Source: Fonticula alba ATCC 38817
Taxonomy: Eukaryota > Protista > Nucleariida
DNA: 29,989 bases
Strand: one strand, 5' to 3'
NCBI GenBank assembly: GCA_000388065.2
Contig: KB932223.1
A program made the translations under genes and the position numbers. The notes below the pieces were generated by a model that worked only from the letters and a program-made list of their open reading frames with translations, searched no databases and was not told the origin of the DNA. Of this stretch, positions 22,269 to 29,989 are shown piece after piece. Each line of letters opens with the position of its first letter. Position 1 is the first letter of the stretch.

Positions 22269-23787
22269 GCCATTGCCTCCCTGCCTTGCTCCCCCCCCTC
22301 TTTCTTCCTCCCCTCTCCGATGTCCGGCCACGAGGCTGTGCGCGTGGGGCCCCAAGGGGAACCGATCTGCCTCTCCTCCGTTGCGCGAGAAAAAGCCCCC
22401 CCAACAAAATAGCAACAAGCAACAAACAAACTCCAAAATACACATAGCTAGACTCTCGGTCGTCGTTCTTTCCTCCGTCCGCCCCCCCCCCCCCACTGCT
22501 GGGCGGTTTCCCTTGCGGGCTCTGCAGCCCCCGGGATCTGCCATCGCAGAAGAGGAATGTCATTATCGGATGGGAAATTTCACCACGGGCCGAGTCATCC
22601 GGAAACTTCGAGAGAAGTGCTCCACTCGGGTGGTTTAGGATGCACCATGGGCAAAATGGAGTTCGTGACATCATGGCGCGCACGCGTACGTGCAGCACCG
22701 CGCGGCTGCTTCACCTTGGGCTGTGGCGCGTAGGCCTGTTTGTTGCCTGTGGCTCCGTCGTCGTTGCCCCGGTTCCTGCTCCGTGGACACCTGGCCTGCG
22801 CACACCCCACAGCGACTTTGTCGTCAGGCAGGCGGGGGGGGGGGGGGGGGGGGGGGTGTCTAATGGATGAGATGATCATGGGCGCAATGGTTGCCGGGAG
22901 GCGGGGGGAGGAGGTTTCCCGGGACCTGGGCCTGGACTAGCCACCAGCCGACGGACGTGACCCGTGGCGAGAGGGGCCGCACTTCCCGGGGAGAGCGCTG
23001 GGGGGCGGTCGGCTGGGGATCCCCACAGTTGTGGTGACCTTAGACGGGGGCGTCCAGGAGGGAGTCGCGCCCCTATCCCCGGGGGGGGGGGAGGGGGGCG
23101 GGGGGGGGCGGGCAGTCTAAGTGTGGGCTCTGATGAGTGACTCTTTCGCCACCGGTTTGTCGGGCCTCGCCGGTGCGTCGTGCGGCGGCCGTGGGTTGGT
23201 CTTCTCGCACGACGACACCGGGGCCCTTTCTCGCCGGGCGCCGGTGCCTCCGGGGCCCTTGGCCGCGGTCCCCGAAGCCACTGACGCAGAAGGTTCGAGT
23301 CGAAAAAAACGTGTTGCTGGCCAGTTGGCACTTGGGCGAGATTTCCCGGGCCGCGCCGGCGCTGGTGCCTGCCCTGCGCCTCGGGCGGCGCGCCTCCTGC
23401 ATGTGGGGAGAGGAGGTCGGGAAGGAGAGGGCAAGGTTCCGCGCGGGTGCCTACGAGGGGGGGCAAGGCGACATTTCGGGCCGCGTGGGGCGCTGGACAC
23501 AGCTCTTTGGCCCCTTTGGGGTAGGCGCCACGCCTGTCGCCTGGTTTTCCCCCCTCCGGGGGGGAGGGGCCGGCGAGGGGGCCGGCGAGGGGGGGGGGGG
23601 AGGGGGCGGGAGAGGGGCCGCTCCGTGAGCCCTCTGGAAACCAAGCGCAAAGGGGGGGCCCGAAGCCCTGACCCACACGCGCACGGCCAGTCTTGCGCGG
23701 CACCCCTGTGCCGAGTGCTTGTCTTTTTGTGCGTCTCTCCCCGCGGCCCCTGCAGGACCGGCGCGGGCGAGTTTGCACACGCGTGCT

Positions 23788-24455
23788 NNNNNNNNNNNNN
23801 NNNNNNNNNNNNNNNNNNNNNNNNNNNNNNNNNNNNNNNNNNNNNNNNNNNNNNNNNNNNNNNNNNNNNNNNNNNNNNNNNNNNNNNNNNNNNNNNNNNN
23901 NNNNNNNNNNNNNNNNNNNNNNNNNNNNNNNNNNNNNNNNNNNNNNNNNNNNNNNNNNNNNNNNNNNNNNNNNNNNNNNNNNNNNNNNNNNNNNNNNNNN
24001 NNNNNNNNNNNNNNNNNNNNNNNNNNNNNNNNNNNNNNNNNNNNNNNNNNNNNNNNNNNNNNNNNNNNNNNNNNNNNNNNNNNNNNNNNNNNNNNNNNNN
24101 NNNNNNNNNNNNNNNNNNNNNNNNNNNNNNNNNNNNNNNNNNNNNNNNNNNNNNNNNNNNNNNNNNNNNNNNNNNNNNNNNNNNNNNNNNNNNNNNNNNN
24201 NNNNNNNNNNNNNNNNNNNNNNNNNNNNNNNNNNNNNNNNNNNNNNNNNNNNNNNNNNNNNNNNNNNNNNNNNNNNNNNNNNNNNNNNNNNNNNNNNNNN
24301 NNNNNNNNNNNNNNNNNNNNNNNNNNNNNNNNNNNNNNNNNNNNNNNNNNNNNNNNNNNNNNNNNNNNNNNNNNNNNNNNNNNNNNNNNNNNNNNNNNNN
24401 NNNNNNNNNNNNNNNNNNNNNNNNNNNNNNNNNNNNNNNNNNNNNNNNNNNNNNN
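23788..24455. other. Assembly gap (668 N)
   Basis: N run. Confidence 1.
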
Positions 24456-25649
24456 GGGGGCGGGGGGTCCGGTCCGGTCCGGCCGGGCCGGTCGTCCCCT
24501 ATTCTTCGCTGGCGGGCCGCGTGCGCGCGCGCGCGCGCGTTCGCATGGCACGGCAGCCGGCTGACCAGGAGGGGGATGTAGAACGCGCGGCTGCGGTGGG
24601 CCGCGCGCGTCACCCTCGGCAAGGGGGCGGCGGGGGAGGGGGGGTGCGGGCAAACTACATTACCCCCGGGGCCGGGGCCCCTTGTTGGTGGGTGTCTGGC
24701 CCGCGCTCGCGGGTCTCATGTGCCTCGGGGCGCGTGCGCCGGGTGGATCATTCTAGACGGGTGACGGATCGGGGGGCTGGACAACAAGCGTGCCCTGTCC
24801 CTTTTTCTCGCTCTCTCTCTCTCGGCCTCTGTCTGTCTCTCTCTCAGCGCCTCTCTGTGCCTTCTGACGCCTGGCTGCGGCCGCCAGGGCCCTTGGCCCC
24901 CTGTGGTCGGCATGGTGTGGGCGCGTGTCCGAGGCCGGGGGCATATAGACCCGCATGTGCCGGGCAAAAAGGCCTTCATGTATTGCGGCCTCCTTCCGCG
25001 GCCGGGTGGGCTGGTGCTTGGCCAGTGCTCGGCCGGTGCTCGGGCGACGGGCATGGCAGCTGCGCGTCTTTCGCGGCGGGCCAAGCCCGGGAGCAGCGTG
25101 GTCGTGTGTTGCCTCTCTTTGTGTGGGGAGCAGGGTGTGTGCCTGGCCCCCCCTGTGGGGACTGGGTATGTGTGTCCGGGGGGGGGGGGGGGGAGGAGCG
25201 CGCACGCCCACGCGCATGTGCGCATGTGTGCACCATGTGTGGATGTGTAGGGCGGAGGGGGCGGGCGCCAACTGCGCGCCGCCCGACCCGGCTGCCGGTG
25301 CCTTTTAGCGGACCGCCCAGACGGGAGGATGCCCCCGGCGCCTGGGCACATTCTCTGCTTTGTGTTTTTGAGTTTTCGCTTCACTATTGGTGTGTTCCCC
25401 TTCGCCTGCCTCTCCTTGCCACTGTGTGTTCCGCTCGCTCCCCTGTTTGGCGCACTGGTGTGCCCTTTGCGCCCCCTCCGCCCTCGCCGCCTCGCGCACA
25501 CCCGCCCACCCATACATGCGCCTCTCTCCTCCTCCTCCCCACTCCCCCCCCCCCCCCCCCCCCCCCCCCACCCCCCCCCCCCCGCTCCCCCCCCCCCCCC
25601 CCCCCCCCCCTCCCCCTCACCCCGCCCCCCCCCCCCCCCCCCCCCCCCC

Positions 25650-25710
25650 ATCTTTGACTGACCCCGGTCTCCCCTCCCCCCCCCCACGCAGATGAGGAGA
25701 TTGACGAGGA
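25650..25710 (+). repeat. Copy of 19172-19231 (UTP14 intron 3 acceptor and start of exon 4) at a contig end
   Basis: Identical except for one C in a homopolymer; preceded by a garbled poly-C region and followed by a gap. Confidence 0.92.
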
Positions 25711-25880
25711 NNNNNNNNNNNNNNNNNNNNNNNNNNNNNNNNNNNNNNNNNNNNNNNNNNNNNNNNNNNNNNNNNNNNNNNNNNNNNNNNNNNNNNNNNN
25801 NNNNNNNNNNNNNNNNNNNNNNNNNNNNNNNNNNNNNNNNNNNNNNNNNNNNNNNNNNNNNNNNNNNNNNNNNNNNNNNN
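25711..25880. other. Assembly gap (170 N)
   Basis: N run followed by poly-C. Confidence 1.
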
Positions 25881-26030
25881 CCCCCCCCCCCCCGCCCTGT
25901 CGCTGGCCCACTCTCCCCTGCCCCTCGCCACTCCCCCCCTGCCTTGCGCGGTTGCTCACCTTTTCTCGCTGCACCTGCCCCCCTTACGCCCTTCCCGGCG
26001 TATGATTGAGCAGCCAGGAAGTCACAAGCC

Positions 26031-27989
26031 ATGCTGTCCAGCTTCTCGCGCCTCGCTCGTGGTCCTACCACTTCGGCCCTGCTCCGTCGCCCGGGTGCCT
26101 ACAGCACCAGTGCCAAGGCCGTGGCCATCGGTATCGATCTCGGTACCACCAACTCCTGCGTTGCCGTCATGGAGGGTGCCACCCCCCGTGTGATTGAGAA
26201 CGCCGAGGGTGCTCGTACCACCCCCTCGGTGGTTGCCTTCACCAAGGACGGCGAGCTGCTCGTCGGTCACCCGGCCAAGCGCCAGGCCATCACCAACCCG
26301 GAGAACTCCATCTACGCCACCAAGCGCATGATTGGCCGGACCATCGACGACCCGCACGTCATCGAGGATCAGAAGACCGTGCCCTTCAAGATTGTGGCGC
26401 ACAAGAACAACGACGCTTGGGTCTATGTCAAGTCCCAGGACAAGACCTACTCCCCGTCGCAGATTGGTGGCTTCGTGGTGTCCAAGATGAAGGAGACCGC
26501 CGAGGGGTACCTCAACCGCCCGGTCACCCAGGCCGTCATCACGGTCCCGGCCTACTTCAACGACTCCCAGCGCCAGGCCACCAAGGACGCCGGTACCATC
26601 GCCGGTCTGGATGTCCTGCGTGTTGTCAACGAGCCGACCGCCGCCGCCCTGGCCTACGGTCTCGGCAAGTCCGGTGACAAGACCATCGCCGTTTTCGATC
26701 TCGGTGGTGGTACCTTCGATATTTCCATCCTCGACATCCATGAGGAGGTCTTCGAGGTCAAGTCCACCAACGGTGACACCCATCTCGGTGGTGAGGACTT
26801 CGACCAGGCTCTCCTGCAGCACCTTGTTGCGGAGTTCAAGAAGGAGCAGGGCGTCGACATCCAGAACGACAAGCTGGCCATCCAGCGTCTGCGCGAGGCC
26901 GCCGAGAAGGCCAAGTGCGAGCTCTCCTTCGCCGCTCAGACCGAGATCAACCTGCCCTACCTGACTGCCGATGCTTCGGGCCCGAAGCATCTGCAGCTGA
27001 AGCTCACTCGCTCGGCCTTCGAGCGCATCGTCGACCCCCTGGTCCAGCGCACCGTCGCCCCCTCCAAGCAGGCCCTCAAGGATGCCGGCGTCAAGCCGTC
27101 CGAGATCAGCGAGGTCATCCTGGTTGGTGGTCAGTCCCGCATGCCGCGCGTCCAGGACATCGCCCAGGAGCTCTTCGGTCGCGAGCCTTCCAAGGCCGTC
27201 AACCCGGATGAGGCCGTCGCCATGGGTGCCGCCATTCAGGGCGCCGTGCTGACCGGTGACATGAAGGATGTCCTGCTGCTCGATGTGACCCCCCTGTCTC
27301 TGGGTATCGAGACCCTCGGCGGTGTCATGACCGTGCTCATTGAGAAGAACAACCCGATCCCCACCAAGAAGAGCCAGGTCTTCTCCACCGCCCAGGACGG
27401 CCAGTCCGCCGTGGAGATCAAGGTCTTCCAGGGTGAGCGCCCTCTGGCCGCCGACAACAAGCTCCTCGGCCAGTTCCAGTTCTCCGGCTTCATGCCGGCT
27501 CGTCGTGGCGAGCCCAAGATCGAGGTCATCTTCGACATCGATGCCAACGGCATTGTCGAGGTGTCTGCCCGCGACCAGGTCACCGGCAAGGACCAGTCCA
27601 TCAAGGTCGAGTCCAGCGGCGGTCTGTCCAAGGACGAGATTGCCCAGATGGTTCGCGATGCCGAGAACTTCGCCCAGGAGGACTCCCTCCGCCGCGAGAT
27701 CATCGAGGGTGTCAACACCACCGAGGCCATCGTCGCCGACATCGAGGCCAACCTGAAGAAGTTCGAGGACAAGATCCCCGCCGACAAGCGCGAGGACTTC
27801 CAGACCCGCCTGTCTCACCTGCGCGCTCTGGTCGAGAAGCGCGAGGACCCCAAGGCCATGATCGAGTCCGCCCGTGCCCTGCAGTCCGATGTGCTGGACG
27901 TCTTCTCCGGCCAGTATAAGGGTGTCAACCCCGAGAGCGTCAACCCCGACGCCGACGACGAGGGTGCCGACAAGAAGAAGCCCGAGTAA
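26031..27989 (+). CDS. SSC1: Mitochondrial Hsp70 chaperone (Ssc1/mortalin-type), 652 aa, intronless
   Basis: Arg/Ser-rich presequence with no acidic residues ([25 protein letters not shown]). Hsp70 signatures [23 protein letters not shown] and [11 protein letters not shown]; mitochondrial-type DAWV and YSPSQIG; linker DVLLLDV. Confidence 0.96.
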   Translation: MLSSFSRLARGPTTSALLRRPGAYSTSAKAVAIGIDLGTTNSCVAVMEGATPRVIENAEGARTTPSVVAFTKDGELLVGHPAKRQAITNPENSIYATKRMIGRTIDDPHVIEDQKTVPFKIVAHKNNDAWVYVKSQDKTYSPSQIGGFVVSKMKETAEGYLNRPVTQAVITVPAYFNDSQRQATKDAGTIAGLDVLRVVNEPTAAALAYGLGKSGDKTIAVFDLGGGTFDISILDIHEEVFEVKSTNGDTHLGGEDFDQALLQHLVAEFKKEQGVDIQNDKLAIQRLREAAEKAKCELSFAAQTEINLPYLTADASGPKHLQLKLTRSAFERIVDPLVQRTVAPSKQALKDAGVKPSEISEVILVGGQSRMPRVQDIAQELFGREPSKAVNPDEAVAMGAAIQGAVLTGDMKDVLLLDVTPLSLGIETLGGVMTVLIEKNNPIPTKKSQVFSTAQDGQSAVEIKVFQGERPLAADNKLLGQFQFSGFMPARRGEPKIEVIFDIDANGIVEVSARDQVTGKDQSIKVESSGGLSKDEIAQMVRDAENFAQEDSLRREIIEGVNTTEAIVADIEANLKKFEDKIPADKREDFQTRLSHLRALVEKREDPKAMIESARALQSDVLDVFSGQYKGVNPESVNPDADDEGADKKKPE

Positions 27990-29110
27990 ATGCGCGCGCC
28001 GCCACCGTGTGCGCCCCCCCCCCCTCCCACCATCATCCTCCCCGAAAGAAGATAGACCCCCCGGTGGAGGAGGGGCCGGCGGGGCGAGCGAGAGAGGTGG
28101 CGTATACGCGCCCGCGGTGTGATGGGGCGCTTTGTCGCCTCTCCTCCTCCTCCTCCTCCTCCTCCAGAAGGGCGGCGGTGCCGATCCTCTCCCTCTCTCC
28201 CTCTCCTCTCCTCTCCCCTCCTCCCTGTGTGTTTGCGCTGGAGTGTGTGTGTGGGGGGGGAGGGTGTGCTGCTCCGGGTCGCGGGCGGTCGGGCGGGTCC
28301 CGACGCGTTGCCATGTCCGGGAGAGAGAGAGACTCCCCTCTTCCAGGGCGGAGCCCCTAGATCCGCCTCTCTTGTGGGAGTGTGTGAGTCCCCTCTCTCC
28401 CCTGTGTGCTGCGCCATGTCCCCTCTCATTCTCTCCTCCCTTGTGTGGCACTCCTCCCTCCTTCCCACCCCCGGCGTGCACATCTTTCCCCCTCCCCTCT
28501 CTACGCCTTTCTTTGTCCTTCGTCGCATTCCTGTTCCCCTCTCTCCCCTCCCGGGCATCAGCCAGGCGGGCGGGGCTGGGCGGTGCCCTGGTGCATATAT
28601 GCCATTGTTTTCCGCGCCATGGGCCCGTTCTTCCCCCCCCTTCCGGTTGTGTAGTCTCTCTCTCTCTCTCTGCTCCTCCCTCCATCTCTCGTTCTTCGCG
28701 CGCGTGCACATGAGTGCATGCGCGCTCGGCCGAGCGACCGGGACCGGGGAGAGACTCGCGGGGGAGCGGGCGAGAGGGGGGTGGCCACACGACAGCGCAC
28801 ATGGGAGTGGGTGCGAATCCCGAGCGTCGGTGGGGGCGGAAGTGGGCGAAGCGGCAGAGCCTTTCTCCTGATCGAGGCCGCCTCTCCCCCCTCCCTTCTT
28901 CCTCCTCCTTTCCTCGCGCGCGCCTTCTCTCCTTCCCCCTTCCTCCTGTACTTTAACCCCAGCCATATACATATATACACCTTTTCCTTCCTCCTTTCCC
29001 TCGTGTTTGTTGCTGCTGCGTCTTCGGCGAGTGAGGCGATGTTCTTGCCTGCGTGCTTGTACGCCCTTTTTTCCCCCGCGCGCTTGGCCCCAGGGCGCGG
29101 GGCTCCTTCC

Positions 29111-29112
<2 letters not shown>

Positions 29113-29140
<28 letters not shown>
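29113..29140. repeat. (TG)14 microsatellite
   Basis: Read directly from the sequence. Confidence 0.95.
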
Positions 29141-29143
<3 letters not shown>

Positions 29144-29989
29144 CGGTGCCTGACCTGTGGCAGGGGGGAGACCCCTGTGTGCTTGGCCCGACCAAATGGG
29201 GAATCCTTGCGAGCGCGTCGGGGTGTGTGCGTGTGGGGCGGGCACACCGCCGAGGATGAGCAGCCACGTTTTCCAGGCAGTCATTTCGCCCTCCCCCCCC
29301 CCCACCTTACACCAGCACAAAGGGGCGCAAGCAACCGGCAGAGGGGACACACAGGCAAGACGGCGGGGACTATTGCCCTCGGCCGGCTCCGGCGGGGGGA
29401 GGTGGGCGGCACGGCGCCAGGACCGGCCAGCTGCTCTCGGGGCTGGGCGATGCCAGCTGGCTGCTGGCTGCCAACGTTCGATCGCCGGTCCGCGCGCTCC
29501 TGCTGGTTGGAAGGGCGCTTCCTCGGTCAATCCCGGGCAGAAGGCTCTCGAGTTTGCGTGCCCTCGCCGGTGTGAATCCGCCCCCCGAGCGCCACCACCC
29601 TGGGGCGGCATGCGCGCGCCGGCCATCTGCTCGCGGGAGGGGGTGACACGTGCGGATTTCGCACCATCACGGCAGCCGCGGGGCGCTTGGAGATACCCCT
29701 GGCGCCTGAATGTGCGCGCCATCGCCCGCCGGCCGCCGATACCTCCCTTCCCAACGCGGCACCATGGTCGTGTGAGTCCCATGGGCGAACGCCAGAGCGG
29801 TAATCCGCCTCGCGGGTCCTGCCCAAATGCAGGGACATTTGGGCAGAAGGCCTCCTCCCTCCCGGCCCCGGGCAGGCGAGCGGCGGCCGGATGGTGTCTC
29901 GAGCATGCTGCCCGGCCATATTAAGGCGGGCCCGATGGACACAGCTACTCCTGTCTCCATTAGCTCCCCCTCCGGATCCCCCCGCCCCC

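Noticed and set aside
21901-22698. Minus-strand ORF with an apparent transmembrane segment (VYFGVCLLLVAILLGGLFLAQRRR)
   Set aside because: The hydrophobic stretch comes from a T-rich tract, and the ORF runs through poly-G and a CA repeat and overlaps the UTP14 3' end. Most likely UTR or intergenic, though not formally excluded without RNA-seq.
23117-25657. Long ORFs spanning the 668-N gap
   Set aside because: Their length is an artefact of N translated as X, and the flanks are Arg/Pro/Gly low-complexity sequence.
26022-28802. 926-aa antisense ORF over Hsp70
   Set aside because: Long antisense ORFs opposite GC-rich Hsp70 genes are a known codon-bias effect; its 5' part is low-complexity noncoding sequence.
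27990-29989. Overlapping ORFs downstream of Hsp70
   Set aside because: Pyrimidine-rich and repeat-rich noncoding-like sequence with no coding-type codon bias or motifs.
1-29989. CRISPR arrays, tRNA/rRNA genes, transposons
   Set aside because: No spaced direct-repeat arrays, cloverleaf or rRNA-like segments, terminal repeats or transposase/RT-like ORFs were recognisable by eye; a covariance-model scan was not possible.

Overview
GC-rich eukaryotic (opisthokont, fungal-like) draft genomic DNA with spliceosomal introns, many microsatellites, long poly-G/poly-C runs and six N gaps. Composition, intron style and the fungal-like proteins would fit a holomycotan amoeba such as Fonticula alba, but that is inference. 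I reconstructed seven intron-aware gene models: an unknown ~296-aa protein with a glycine-zipper-like C-terminus (+), an orphan helical/TPR-like protein (-, apparently split by a contig-order error), V-ATPase V0 subunit a (-), a LigB/DODA-type extradiol dioxygenase (-), a Bem3-like PX-PH-PH-RhoGAP (-, joining two ORFs of the track), UTP14 (+, 7 exons) and an intronless mitochondrial Hsp70 (+). No RNA genes, mobile elements or CRISPR arrays are supportable, and I found no convincing novel multi-gene system. The main observations: (1) short duplications at gap edges indicate local mis-ordering through poly-G/C runs, and correcting one of them rejoins a split gene with matching splice phase; (2) all 15 inferred splice donors have a pyrimidine at +4 and G at +5; (3) the RhoGAP has a tandem-PH Bem3-like architecture; (4) the mtHsp70 has unusual substitutions in its substrate-binding domain.
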